This document shows positions 27,990 to 41,924 of a DNA stretch of 64,000 bases, piece by piece. A program made the translations under genes and the position numbers. The DNA comes from Octopus vulgaris. Taxonomy: Eukaryota. The stretch is taken from positions 38,378,001-38,442,000 of the forward strand of contig OX597832.1 in assembly GCA_951406725.2 (NCBI GenBank), given 5' to 3'. The stretch's first letter is position 1; each line of letters opens with the position of its first letter. Under the pieces are notes generated by a model. It saw nothing but the letters and a program-made list of their open reading frames with translations. It made no database searches and was not told where the DNA came from.

Positions 27990-28200
27990 TGTAAAACAAG
28001 AAAATATTAATTTTTTTCTCCCTGATATTATGTGTATGCCGCTTCGTTCCCTACTGAAATCAGCTGCCTTGGGTTTCCATCTACGTTGATGCGCTGTTTC
28101 CAGCAGATTGGTTTGAAACACAAACAACTGAAGAAAGCCACCAAGGAGATAAATATAACAGCTGGAACCTGTTTCTGGTCGGCAAGATACCATAAAGGGG
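27990..28200 (+). pseudogene. Decayed C-terminal fragment of an RLE-type LINE (Hero-like)
   Basis: SFPTEISCLGFPSTLMRCFQQIGLKHKQLKKATKEI resembles the recalled Hero-type motif FPVEVGCRGF...LGI....K.AI.EI. Confidence 0.45.
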
Positions 28201-28329
28201 AATCCTACCGTAGGTGAAGACTAGTTGAGTCCTCGGTACCCCACTTAGGCAAAGCATTCAGACTAAGTTAAAGTAATAAAAAAGTTAAAGGTACCTTCTA
28301 GAGTCAAACTGAGAAGGTAACACATAAAG

Positions 28330-28495
28330 GCCGGTTTCTCAGACTAAGGAACGTAGATATTCCTCACCTGGACGGGACACCGGTCCGTCGAAGGATTACT
28401 TATTTTTGCTAGCTGAGTGGTCCGGAGCAACGTGAAATGAAGTGTTTTGCTCAAGAACACAACGCATCGCCCAGTACAGGAATCGAAAACACAAT
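28330..28495 (-). mobile_element. SINE family 3 copy
   Basis: Reverse complement of GTTGTGTTCTTGAGCAA.ACACTT.ATTTCACGTTGCTCC shared with 29444-29725. Confidence 0.7.
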
Positions 28496-29443
28496 AGGGA
28501 CGAAATACTTATGATTCTGAGACACCTACTGATGATAAGGAAGAATTTCCGACTTTGCAATTGATTTAGAAGAAGGGCTTCGAAAGCCTCTGAAGGATCC
28601 CTGAAGTTTCCGCATGGGGCAAAGCATCTCCGATGTTTCTTTCATTTATAAGCAAAAGTGTAGGTTCATATCAGGTTAAAACGATGCTATGGCGGAAGAC
28701 ACTTGCACAAGGCAAGATGCCATGCAGTGGGACTGAACCCGGAACCATGTGACTGGGAAACAATTCTCTTACCACACACACACACACACACACATACACA
28801 CACACTTACACCCCCCCCCCGATACACACATACATATACCTACATATATATATATATATACCTACATGCATATACTCAGCACCAACGTTAACTTCTTGGT
28901 TCCGTGCGATACAATAAAATATCAGAAGGTTATTCAATTATTTGAAACAGATATATAATTAAGGCGTTATTTATTGCAAATTTTTTTTTAACCATTTTAT
29001 TTATTTTAATCGTAAAAAATATCTGAAATACTTTGGGAAAAAAAGAGAGCCTGAGAATATCGTTGCTCAACTACACACACACACACACACTCACACACAC
29101 ACACACACACACAGCACATATAAAATATATTAGTTGGCATATCTGTTTTGCATGCACTCTGGCTAGACACATGTGCAAATGGTTGAATATTTAGTCGTGT
29201 ATGGAGGCATGACGAGCACGAATTTACATTTACTTTGAAGTGATTATGTATGTTTGCATAATTATGTATACGCTGGTAATTATATTAGTATATAATGAGT
29301 GTATATATATGTACATATGTATATATATATATATATATATACATAATTACATACATACATATATGTACATATACATACATACAAACACACATACAAATAC
29401 ATTATATATATATATATATGTATGTATATATGTACGTATGTGA

Positions 29444-29725
29444 AGGCGCATGGCTCAGTTGCTAAGAGCGTCGGACTCACAGTCACGAGGTAGTGAGTTC
29501 GATTCCAGGACCGGGCTGTGTGTTGTGTTCTTGAGCAAGACACTTTATTTCACGTTGCTCCAGTTCCCTCAGATGTTGAAATGAGTCGCCGACGTCACAG
29601 GTGCCAAGGTGTCAAGGGGCATCGGCCTTTGCCTTTCCCTAGGACAACACCGATGGCATAAGGTAAGGAAGCCGGTATGCATGGGTGACTGCTGGTCTTC
29701 CATAAACAACCTTGCCCGGACTTGT
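29444..29725 (+). mobile_element. tRNA-derived SINE family 3
   Basis: tRNA-like head GGCGCATGGCTCAGTTGCTAAGAGCG...GAGTTCGATTCC followed by TTGAGCAAGACACTT. Related fragment at about 32055-32150. Confidence 0.8.
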
Positions 29726-29764
29726 ACGATTCATATATATATATATATATATATAGTAAACATT

Positions 29765-29968
29765 ACTTCTTACTCGTTTCAGTCATCAGGGGAACTGACT
29801 TGCAGACTTGGATTTTTGTCGGATTAATTGACCCTCGTACGTTATTTTAAAGCCTGGTACTTACTGTATCGGTTTTTTTTTTTTGCCGAACCACCAGTTT
29901 ACAAGGCCGTAGTAAATACACAAACATTGGTTGTGAAGCGATAGTGGGGGACAAACACACACACACAC

Positions 29969-30032
<64 letters not shown>

Positions 30033-30207
30033 CTCTGTATATATATATATATATATATGTGTATATATATGACAGGCTTCTTACAGTTTCCGTCTACCAA
30101 ATCCGCAAGGTTTTGGTCAGCCCGAGGCTAGAGTAGAAGGTTCTACAGGGTGGGTTTGATCCTTGAAATATGTGGTGGAAAGCTAGGTTCTTACCACACA
30201 GCCACCC
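29765..30207 (-). mobile_element. SINE family 2, degenerate, with internal (TCTA)n
   Basis: Tail, body and head (CTTACCACACAGCCAC) are recognisable. Confidence 0.8.
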
Positions 30208-31139
30208 TTAAAGTTGTTGTCTAATCCAAGCAAACTTATACCCACCGAATTCCTGAGCTGTATAACATGGCAATCTTGGCCATTCCGTCCATTTTATGGA
30301 ATACCATCTGTTATAATAACATCTGCTTCGTTTTTTATACAATGATAACGTTTAATTTGGCCCCTGACTGAAGGGGTTCAAGCCATGACTATTCCGCCAT
30401 TTTTTAATGTTTATGACTATTGTCCCCATAGCGTCCTTCTTTTTAATGACAGATTTGGCTGCAGTTTCTAGCATGTGTAATGATTGCGTAGTCACTTTCT
30501 CAGCATGCATTTGTAGATCGTTGTGTGAACATGCATGCATGTATACATGTTATCAGTGGGTGTATATATGTATATAAATAAAGACTGTAATGTGAGAATG
30601 AATAGCAGGTAATGTAATGGTATTCTGGTAGCTATAACATCGTAATTAAAATGGGAAGGAAATCTAAGTATCTTTTAATCTATATTCTATGAATATTGAG
30701 CCAGTGCTCTCCAAATATGTGCTATAATATACGGTAAATACAGACACTCACTAACACATACAAACACACACACATACACGCACACATACACACACATATA
30801 TGACGTGTAAGCGTGTATGTGCGTGTGCGTATATGTGTGCTTGTATGTGCAAGTGTATATGTGTATTTGTGTACTTACATCTATATGTATGTTCATATAC
30901 GGAAAAAATACCACATAATACACGAATGCACCCACATTCCACCCCCAGTTATATGTTAATCTGCTACAATAATTTGAATCTGCACCCCGATACTGTATCC
31001 TTATGTCTCTTCTTACGCACTACACACACATTTACACACACACACACACGTACAAATATATATGAAATGCATACATACATACACATACATATATATATCC
31101 ATATATACATGTATATGTACACATATATATGTATGTGTG

Positions 31140-31200
<61 letters not shown>

Positions 31201-32299
31201 ATTGGTGAAAAAGATCAAGAGTAATTTATTCCCAAAAGTACTCTTTTTTAATATAGCATGACTAATAAATATATCAGTATAAAGATATCAGTTTCTGGAA
31301 TATCACATTTCGAAATTTTATAAATTTCAAATCATGATTCAAAACACTCGCTGTACGTCCTCAAGTGTCGTCGAAGCTAAACGATATATCATAATTCGAT
31401 GTAATTGAACTCCAATTCATAACTGGTACTCACTTCATTGTGCTCCCCCACCACCACCACCCCACCCCTACTCCATCACTGTATGAATGATGTTCAAAAC
31501 TGATTTTATCAGGCTTTGATGCAGGCTCTTAAAGCAACGAAAAAATTTTTTTGATACAGAGAGATATTTATAAACTGATGCTTCTGCCGTTTCTGATATT
31601 CCCACCTTTAAGTAGAAGCAGTTGGTTAGAGTCAAACCGGATGCTTTGTTAGGGGTTGGGACAAAAAACAGTTGGATATTTTCGGTATGTTCAGTTATGT
31701 ACTTGTCGTATAATATCACCCAGGTCAACTGTAACCCGGCTTGTGTTTTGTGTTTCGTCGCTACGGGGCGGAAAAAAGTCATCAATCATTGTTTATTAGA
31801 CGAATAGATTAGGTTTATACTAAACAAAAAAGAAAAGGAAGACAAGTGGCAGTACTTGCTTGAAGGGAAAGTTTTTATATTCAGTTTTGTTTCTTGTTTA
31901 ATGGATTGGTCTCGAGGAAGAAGGGTCGCGCTCGGCTCATTGTCATTTACAGAACTTTCAATACCCGTGAAATCGACGTTTAATGTTCTTTTAATACAGC
32001 TGATAGTTGAGAATTGCAGACAAAATATGGAGAGCAACGTATTTCATGAATTACAGTGGTGGCACGTGGCCTAGGGTGTTGGCTTCGTACTCATAAGATT
32101 GTTGGTTCAACTCCTGGACCGGGCGATACATTGTGTCCTTGAGGAAGGCAATTCTTTTGAATTGGCTGAAAACATGGACCGGTTGAGTGCCGATGTATCT
32201 CTTCTTCCTTCTGGTTATCACATCTTAAACAGTGGCTAATGCACTAAAACTGCAGTATACAATGCAACCGTCATAACTATACTGATTTATATATATATA

Positions 32300-32563
32300 T
32301 ATATATAAATAATATTAGGGTAATAAGAATTATAGAAATTATTATTACCAGTGGCCTAGCACAAAAAAAAAATAGTCAATAGACTATATATTATTCACAT
32401 AAAAATATCGTGTACATTATTAGATGGTAAACGTTTTTAATTTTCAATCCTTTCGAGAATTTATCCATAATTAGTAGTTTGAGTTTTCTACTGCTCTTTC
32501 TAGCACAAGGCTTTCCTATTTGGAAGCCTCTTAATGTGTTCTAATGTACACGATATTTTTATG

Positions 32564-32630
<67 letters not shown>

Positions 32631-32781
32631 ACACACACAAGAAATTTTCAATTGCATAATTAACAAGCAAATGAGATTCACTATTCTCTCTTCTTCTACG
32701 TCGCTGCCCGAGTCCTAGTGATGCACTGAATACATATCCATCCATCCATCTATCCATACATACATACATACATACATACAT

Positions 32782-32834
<53 letters not shown>

Positions 32835-33060
32835 CAAAAGGGTAATAATATAGATTACTACCAGTGGCCCAGCACAAAGGACGAATTTGTCATTAGACAA
32901 AATATTATTCATATAGAAAAATATTATTCATGTAGAAATATAATTAAGGGTTCCTAAATAAGGATGCCAAGCGCTAGGGACACAAAAAAGGGATAAATTT
33001 ATCGAGAGTGAAAATCAAAAACATTTACCAATAACGATACATCCCGGACTGATATCAGTT
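32300..33060. mobile_element. Two related (TA)n-flanked elements, the first with an internal inversion
   Basis: ATTA.TACCAGTGGCC.AGCACAAA at about 32341 and 32853. Perfect 28-bp inverted repeat at 32392-32419 / 32542-32569. Confidence 0.55.
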
Positions 33061-34227
33061 TCTATCTCTTTCTATATATATATATATATATATATATATG
33101 CATTCATTCATGCACAAATTAAATGTAATCATATATGACTGGTGCACGTTGTCTGTGTGATTTACTTCTCAACGCCATGATTTCGAGTTCGGTAAGTTTT
33201 CTATTATTGTCCCGAGCCGAGTCCTGGTCCGAGCAAAATTTTGCGTGAGGATTTGATAGATGGATACTGAACCAAGCGCATCATGTATATATGTATCTAT
33301 CCGTGTGTGTATTTCTTTGTGTTTTGTCCCTCCTGCACCATTTACCAACCCGGTGTTGGTTTGTTTACGTGATGGTATCTTAGCGGTTCAACCGAAGGAT
33401 TTTTTATAGAAGAATTTCCAGGCTTTAGAAGGTATATTAAAGGGTCAATGCATTCGGCCCAAATCCTTCTAGGTACTGCCGCAGCATGTCTGCAGTCCAC
33501 TGACTGAAACAAGTGAAAAGATAAAAAATAAAAATGTATATATGCGAACACATACACAGACATACAAGACACGCACACACACACATACACACATGCTTAT
33601 CCGTACACACATTCAGAAAACCACACACAGTCACGCACACACACTTTTATTCATTTTTCACTGCCTTCATTTCCTTTGTTGCTGGTCTCATGCCACCTGG
33701 CCATCCTCGCCGAACGATTGGTACCTCTCCATATCAGTGTTTCTGTTATCCATTTCCGTGTAGACCCTAACTGCACTTATCGTAGAAAGGTTGTGCTGCT
33801 TAACCCTACCACCGTCTTCACAAGATGGAAGGGTACGTTGGATAAGGTAGTCTTAGATAGACTTTGCCTGAAAAAGAAACAACACAATTCATTGGTCACA
33901 GTTGAAATCCTATCGGTCATACGTCTGGTGCGCCATACTTGTAGAAGATATTACGCAATAATAACCATAACGTTATTGTCATTCATATGATATAAACGAA
34001 TGCAATGACATCGTCTTCGGTCAGATGACAATACTGGAAGTTAGATTTCTAGCATTAACTAAATCACAGTTTTGAGAGAGATGTCGTCTTGGACATTGAA
34101 ACAACTCAGCATCAAAACATGGTTAATAGTTTTATTGATCCGGGTGCAACAACGGGCAATGAATACACGACAATGATTTGAACCCGTGTTGCAATAAGGA
34201 CTCTGTCACTTGACAATGGAAATAATA

Positions 34228-34420
34228 TATAGGGAGAGTTTACGAAAAAAACAAAAGACGAAGACAGGTGATGTACAAAACAAACAGATGTATTAGTATA
34301 ACGCTCAGGAATAAAAAAAAGTCTTTTACGTTTCGAGCCTACGCTCTTCTACAGAAAAGGACACAGAAAAAAAAAACAAGGAGAGAAACAAGAAGAGAAA
34401 AAATGTGTGTTGTGGCTAAG
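34228..34420 (-). mobile_element. P-family element (P2) with hammerhead-like motif at 34322-34358
   Basis: Same CTGTAGAAGAGCGTAGGCTCGAAACGTAAAAGAC motif as the copy at 24197. Confidence 0.7.
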
Positions 34421-35216
34421 TAACCTCACCCATTTTTTCCTGAGATGCTCCGCATCGTGCAGCTGCAGTAGCCACTCTGCACATCTAGATATGAAAGTAC
34501 AAATGTATTTATAAATAGGAACAAATCCACAACATACACTCACATACTTACGCACACACTCACACACACACATAAATATATACACAAAAGGAAAGACAAA
34601 CCCATATATACATATATTCATATACACGCGCACACATACACATACATTAACGTATCCGACTGTAATCTATATCCTCGCTGCCTTTTATATCTCTGCTCCC
34701 CCTCCTCCAACACTTCTCTACTTCTTCTATTTCTTCTGGTGCCAGAGAATTATTTACAAATTTCACAACACTCTGGTCAAAGAGAAAACTACTAATTGCA
34801 ATTACAAACTGGATTAACACCAAAAAGAAATATAATTGCTCTGTTGAATGTTATTCTTTATTTTCTCCCCAAATATTCCGTCGTTTTTAATAATTTAGTA
34901 TTTATATTTGTTTGTTTATTTTACATTTTAAAGAGTAATTTTATGGAATGTTAACTATTCGTATATATTACAAAAAACATTTAAAACTTCCATTAAAATG
35001 GTCGCGTATTTATCATATATCCTTAACTCTTCCAATCGCTATTATGTATGTAATTTGTATGTTTATTTCTTTGGGATTTAAGTTTTACTCCCCGTTTTTT
35101 TTTTCTTCTTCCACACTTCATGATGTTCCGTTACAGAGTAATACAAGTTTTCGGTTGAAATTAAGGCAACTTCTTGGGTGTTTTGGAATTGCGAATTAGC
35201 GAGTGCTTATATATAT

Positions 35217-35448
35217 ATTTCTTTACTACCCACAAGGAGCTAAACACGGAGGGGACAAACAAGGACAGACAAACGGATCAAGTCGATTATATCGACCCCA
35301 GTGCGTAACTGGTACTTAATTTATCGACCCCGAAAGGAGGAAAGGCAGAATCGACCTTGGCGGAATTTGAACTCAGAACATAACGGCAGACGAAATACGA
35401 CTACGCATTTTGCCCGGCGTGCTACCGTTTCTGCCAGCTCGTCGCCTT
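35217..35448 (-). mobile_element. SINE family 1, full length, tail B
   Basis: Perfect 16-bp TSD GAGTGCTTATATATAT at 35201-35216 and 35449-35464. Confidence 0.92.
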
Positions 35449-35769
35449 GAGTGCTTATATATATGTGTGTATACAAACTCGCACTCATTGCGAGTGAATA
35501 CGTGTATGAATGTGTGTGTGTGTGTATGTGTGTGTGCATGCTAATTTAGTATGCAACCGTGTGCACTTCCTTCCCTTTTGTATATATGTGTATATGTGTG
35601 TTCAACCTGTGATTGTCTTCATACGTTTAGACCAGGGACGTCAGTTTGGTAATCCCTGGAAATGTTTTACAAGGTTTCACTGTTCCAATAATTCATTTAC
35701 TTTAAGACTGCAAATAATAAGTTTCTTTTGATCTGTCTTTAAAAATCGATATATGCTTGAGGATATCTT

Positions 35770-36180
35770 TTATCTTTTACTTGTTTCAGTAAATAGACAG
35801 CGGTCATACTGGGGCATCACCTCGAAGAATTTTAATCGAATGTACCGACCCCAGGACTTTTGTTTATAATTTTGAAACCAAGTACTTATAATGTCGGTCT
35901 TTTTTGACGAGTGATTATGTTATAAGGACATAAACACACCAACATAGGTTGTCAAGTGGTGATGAGGAACAAACACAGACAGAATGACACACACACACAC
36001 ATGCACACACACATACATACAAACATACACACACGGGTATACGATGGGTTTCTTTCAGATTCCAACTACCAAATCCACTTACAAGACTTTGGTTGACCCA
36101 GGAATATAGAAAAGGATACTTGCCCGAAGTACCATGCAGTGGGACTGAACTCGGAACCATAATGTTGCGAATCAAGCTTC
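35770..36180 (-). mobile_element. SINE family 2
   Basis: Homology to 19031-19465; internal (CA)n. Confidence 0.8.
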
Positions 36181-36237
36181 TTTAAACTAACATCTACTAT
36201 GACTAATATTACATTTTACTCTAACGATAGCGTATCG

Positions 36238-36683
36238 ATTTCAAATTATGGTACGAGGCCAGCACTTTCGGGGTAGGGGGTTAAGTCGATCACATCCACC
36301 TCAGTGTTCAATTGGTACATATTTTATCGACTCTGAAGGGATGAAAGGTAAAGTCGACTCCAGTGACATTTGAACGCAGAACATGAGGATGAACGAAATG
36401 CCGCTAAGCATTTTGCTCGGCGTACTTAACGACTCTGCCAACTCACCGCCTTATTGTCGATAGTATATTCCTTTCTCCTTAAGACACAAGGCTTGAAATG
36501 TTGGGGGAGGGGACAAATTCTTTACATCGACTCCGATACTCGACTGGTACATATTTTATCGACCCCGAAAGGATGAAAGGCAACGTCGACCTCGGCGGAA
36601 TTTGAACTCAGAACGTAAAGACGGACGAAATGCCGCTAAGCATTTTGCCCGGCGTGCCAACGATTTTGTGAGCTCGCCACCTT
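36238..36683 (-). mobile_element. Two adjacent SINE family 1 copies
   Basis: The copy at 36470-36683 is flanked by TSD ATTGT(C/T)GATAGTATATT and abuts the head of the copy at 36238-36452. Confidence 0.88.
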
Positions 36684-37235
36684 ATTGTTGATAGTATATT
36701 GAAACTAGTATTTAACTAGTATTTTATTAGTTGTGAAACACCAGGATTAAGGCTTCTATCCATTGTCTCTTCATGCATCGGTACAACGCCAGAACTAAAA
36801 GCGTTTCGATTGGACTGTCGTAAACCAAGATGATATGTTTGCAACAGTTGAAATACAGGGACAGTTTGAAAGTTCGGCAAAACATACAACATACGGAAGA
36901 TTTTGAAATGTTTGTTACTAAAGCATTACGATGAAAGTTATGCAAATATCGGAAGGAACTAACGCCTCTTCATAGTGCTACCATTACTGCTCTCCTTCTG
37001 TCTCTGGCTACCTGTCTCTGGCTACCTTTCTCTGTCTCCCTCTTTCTCTTTGTCTGTCTCCGTCTATCTGTCTCTCTCTCTCTCTCTCTCTCTTTCATTC
37101 TTTCTGTCATGAGTTTAAAATAAGATACTGGAGCAACTTCAAGTTCAAAGGACACTAGCCTTTTGCTGTCTGCCACAAAACTTTACACATTTCAACGCAT
37201 TCAAACACCAACAATTGAACAGTCTAATCTGCATA

Positions 37236-37354
<119 letters not shown>

Positions 37355-38002
37355 TACATACATACATACATACATACATACATACATACATACATGCATA
37401 CATACATACATACATACATACACATATACACATATATGTATATGGGTGTTTTTTGTAATCGATACATTCACTTACACTCGGATTAGTACTTACAGCTACT
37501 TGATTGCTCCAGTCACTTTTAGAATTCCTTATACAATGAATATCTATAATTAGCTGTGAGGTTATAAATAAAATATCACACAATGAGATACGCCTTTGTA
37601 TTTATTCGATACCGCTATGATTTGATTATTATTTGATAAGTAAGACTTGGAATCGTTCCAACATTCCAACATATTATTTCTTCTTATAAAAATATTTACT
37701 TCATGAGTGTATTCTAGTTCGTGTTAACAATTCTATTATATGTGCAAAAGACAAAAGTTATTTGGTTAAGAATTTTTTCTCAACCACTCGTTATTCAAAA
37801 TTAAGGTGAACAATGGATGAATTATATTTTTGCTATTTTGGAAGAGAAAGATTCCATATTCAGCTGAATCTCTAAACACGTACAAAGACAAATATTGGCA
37901 GATTTCTCCGCGAAAATAAATGCTTTAAAACCAAAATATTTCCAAAATTAGGGGTAAAAATTTCAATGTGCATACATTTATATATATATATATCTGTATG
38001 TG

Positions 38003-38033
<31 letters not shown>

Positions 38034-38890
38034 ATGTATACAGGCATATATACATATACACACAAACATACATACATATATATATACGTATATATATATA
38101 TATATATATATATATACGTATATATACGTATATATATATATACATATATATATAGAATCACACATTATATAGAAGCACATACAATACAATACATATATAT
38201 ATACATATGTATGTATATATGTGTATGTATACATATTCATACACACACACACATATAATGCGCACGTATCCACATATACACATACATGCTGTCTGTTAGT
38301 AATAATATATGTGATCAGAGTTACATACTCCGTAGTTGATGATGCTCTTAATATCATCCAAGATATCAAAGATATATCCTCGTATTCAAATATCAAAAAT
38401 CAGTTGTTGTGTTTCCTTCCGGATATACTTGTGTTGCATCTTATGAAAATATGGTGAGGAGAATAAATTGTTACGTTTATTTGTTTGGCGATGAGCTATT
38501 TATCTTGTGCTATCTATATTATGTGATAATCACTTTATAATTATGGTAATACGGTAGTCACCAAGATAATGAGGCACAGTAATCAAAATATTAATGAGTG
38601 TGTTGTGAGGTACCAATAGGGATTGGCCGTATAAATAGCGGTCTTTTAAGATCATAGCGAATTACACCAAGGCAAAAAAAATAGAAATAGTACGATTTTA
38701 TAGTTACGTTTTGTTGTAATTCGTTAACAGTTTACTTATGACTTTCACTGTTACAGTACATACCAACGAATATGGCAATATTTAATGAAGAGATCTGAAC
38801 TGTCATTCTATGGCATAATCTATGGCATCATTAAGGCAAATAGATATGAAGCTCTTTTTCCAATATGCATATTCCTCAACATTTTGTACC

Positions 38891-38891
<1 letters not shown>

Positions 38892-38921
<30 letters not shown>

Positions 38922-39144
38922 CTTCTTCTTCTTCTTCTTCTTCTTCTTCTTCTTCTTCTTCTTCTTCTTCTTCTTCTTCTTCTTCTTCTTCTTCTTCTTC
39001 TTCTTCTTCGTCGACGTCGTCGTCGTCGTCGTCGTCATCATCATCATCATCATCATCATCAACATCATCAACATCATCATCATCATCATCATCATCATCA
39101 ACATCGTCATCATCATCTTTAATATTGTCATTATTATTATTATT
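38892..39144. repeat. (CTT)n-(CGT)n-(CAT)n compound microsatellite
   Basis: Direct reading. Confidence 0.97.
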
Positions 39145-39298
39145 GAGTGAGAGAGCAGTGCATGCATTCAAAGTGACACTGGGGTAAAATATACGAAGCC
39201 CAATATACCCATCATGACTACCCGTCTGATAAGGGTATACCATGCATATGCATCACAACCATATGTACGCGACATGGTGATCTCATATCAAGATAAAC
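39145..39298 (-). mobile_element. Short 5'-truncated copy of the (TAA)n-embedded element
   Basis: Highly similar to 5321-5475; flanked by (ATT)n on both sides. Confidence 0.75.
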
Positions 39299-39308
39299 TG
39301 CTTATTAC

Positions 39309-39369
<61 letters not shown>

Positions 39370-39399
39370 CTTGGCGGCATTTCGTCCGTCTTGATGTTT

Positions 39400-39655
39400 T
39401 GTAAAGTCTATGATCTTACATGGATTTTTCTTTTTTCTTTTTTATGTCTTCTATAATCATATTTGGTACTCCTGCTTCCATAGTTCGGCAGTCTAAACTG
39501 AACTCTCATCTAATCCTTCAACTCTTATTCTGTATCACAGCGTCTGACTTGTGTTCATACAATTCTTCTGGTGTTGCGAAACCTTACACTCGTCTAACAT
39601 ACCAATACACTTTTTTAAGGACGCACTCCTGTCTTCGCTCATACTCTGCTTGAAC
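39400..39655 (-). pseudogene. Decayed R4/Dong-clade LINE, restriction-like endonuclease region
   Basis: Manual translation gives VQAEYERRQECVLKKVYWYVRRV*GFATPEELYEHKSDAVIQNKS*RIR*EFSLDCRTMEAGVPNMIIED...CKIIDF. This matches the recalled pattern AQ.EYKRRHD...HW...WYEH.P..V.EN...ILWDF....D..IEARRPD....C.IID. Confidence 0.7.
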
Positions 39656-39950
39656 TGACTGTAACAGAATTTATTGGCTAATCAAGCTACAATCCTTATT
39701 TATGTAAAAGTGAAGAAAGTCGATGTAGTATTGTTATTTAACTTTAGTTTCCGTCATAATTCCATATATGTGGCGTTGCTCAATGGGAAATGATTTAGAG
39801 ATGAACAATAGTGCAACCGACCAGTGAATACAGAAACGATAATATATGGGTTAATCTCAAAACCTTAACAAAACAACATCAGAAACGATCCAATTGAAAC
39901 GATAACCTGTTAAAGGAAAATAAAACCAGTCTGATTACAAAAGAAAAGTA

Positions 39951-40000
39951 GTTTTTACCTGAAGATCGCAGTAGCGTGAAACTAGAGTTGTACTAAAAAC
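39951..40000 (+). ncRNA. Candidate type-I hammerhead ribozyme
   Basis: GTTTTTAC-CTGAAGA-T-CGC-agta-GCG-T-GAA-AC-taga-GT-T-GTA-ct-AAAAAC. Canonical core, bulged stem I, short stems II and III. Confidence 0.5.
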
Positions 40001-40374
40001 GATTCAGTTCAAATAAAGAACATCCGATAACCATATATATTGCGTAAGGGTACTCCCACGCCCTTCCGTTGACAAACAGTTGCTTTTGAATATATGTAGA
40101 TGTGAATATTTCAGTTTGTTTGTATGTGCTTCAACATACGTAAAGCTATACGTCTATATAAAGAATTAGATACCACCTATTTGAGACTTACCGGTAAAGA
40201 AATATTTCGTTTGAAACGTTGCTAAACATAGAGAAAACGGTTTTTACTTTTGTTCGCTAAAGTGATAAGTTAAACGTATTCTTTCTTAGAAACTGACACC
40301 ACGTGATAAATTACAATATTCAACGAACGCACATGCTCATAGACAAATATGTATAAATATATTAGCATTTATAC

Positions 40375-40408
<34 letters not shown>

Positions 40409-40454
40409 ATATATATATATAATGCAATATATTTATATATGCATATATATATAC

Positions 40455-40485
<31 letters not shown>

Positions 40486-40812
40486 TGTATTTATATATTT
40501 ATGGGTATATATACATACATATGTCTATACTTGTATAAGTATATAATCATGTACTTATATGTATGTACGTATGCATGTATGCATATATATATGTTTATAT
40601 ATATGTTTATATATATATATATATGGGCATATATGCGTATGAACAGGCGTGGTGCGCGCGCTGTACATAATCCAGGTGGCCGTAGGTACTAAATATTCAT
40701 TTAGACTCTTGTCATATGCCAAATGAAAGGTGTTATATTTGTCAAAGCTGCAGCTTCTTTCACACACACGCACGCACACACACACAATCACAGACACACA
40801 CACACACATATA

Positions 40813-40864
<52 letters not shown>

Positions 40865-40867
40865 AAC

Positions 40868-40957
40868 ACGCAGTTGTTGGTGGAAGTATTTGTGCATTTT
40901 TCTAGTCAAGCAGGATGTAGAATACGTACATACATACAAACATATATATATGTATAC

Positions 40958-40988
<31 letters not shown>

Positions 40989-41067
40989 TGTATGTATGTA
41001 TGTATGTACGTATTCTAAGTCCTGCTTGACTAGAAAAATGCTCAAACACTTCCACCAACAACTGCGT
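40868..41067. repeat. Foldback inverted repeat (about 70-bp arms, 4 mismatches) around a microsatellite loop
   Basis: ACGCAGTTGTTGGTGGAAGT.TTTG.GCATTTTTCTAGTCAAGCAGGA..TAGAATACGTACATACATAC and its reverse complement. Confidence 0.92.
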
Positions 41068-41133
41068 AGATGCACAAACACACACACATACATACATATA
41101 AACAAATATACACATACATACCTATATACATAC

Positions 41134-41196
<63 letters not shown>

Positions 41197-41689
41197 TATA
41201 TATGCACGGGCACAAACAGACATATTGTACATCCAGAGATGTAAATATACACCTATGCACACGCACACACATAATTTACACACACATTTATAGAAACGCA
41301 TACATATAATCATATGCATACACACAGAAACACGAATGCTTACGCGCCATCACAGTTACAACCAATCACTACAATCGTAATGTCCATACACAGAAAATAC
41401 GCGCATAGACATTGCTAGAAATGCAAAATCACAGTTCTGTTCCAGCAGATTTATCACCAATATCATTCCATCAATCATTAATCAATGTGATTGATCTCTA
41501 AGATGTTGTGAATTTATATGACTTCAGTAACCGCCGAGATTAACTAAGCCTTTTATCTCCCCGGGGTCGAAAACTTAAGTACCAGCTGAATACTGATACC
41601 GACCAGTTGCTTTCAACGATTTTTGCTTTTACCTGTGGACCCCTTTAATTACTATTTGACTCAGGTGGGCGCCTATAATCATTCAAAAT

Positions 41690-41924
41690 TTAACTGTTAA
41701 GCGTTAAAACAGCTCATACCCCGGCCTAAATACTTGATATATTTTATGTTCAAACTGGCCTGATCTGATCTCTCATCCGTTGCCTGCAATATTTATGTAA
41801 TTCTAAACATAAACAGCCACATCATCAAAATACGATGCTACGAGATAATGCATGATTAATTTGAAGCACCATAGATAAACAAGCATTACAGATGATGAAT
41901 TAATTTGAATGCTATATAGTTTAA
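41690..41924. mobile_element. TTAA-flanked MITE (piggyBac-like), degenerate
   Basis: TTAA at both ends, with weak TIRs (TTAACTGTTAAGCGTT / rc TTAAACTATATAGCATT). Confidence 0.4.

Noticed and set aside
29444-29515. tRNA-like sequences here and at other SINE heads
   Set aside because: The cloverleaf is imperfect and continues directly into SINE bodies; these are not tRNA genes.
29768-29792. Minus-strand CTGATGA-CT-GAAAC hammerhead-like string
   Set aside because: There is no stem II and other copies of this SINE tail lack CTGATGA, so it is a chance match.
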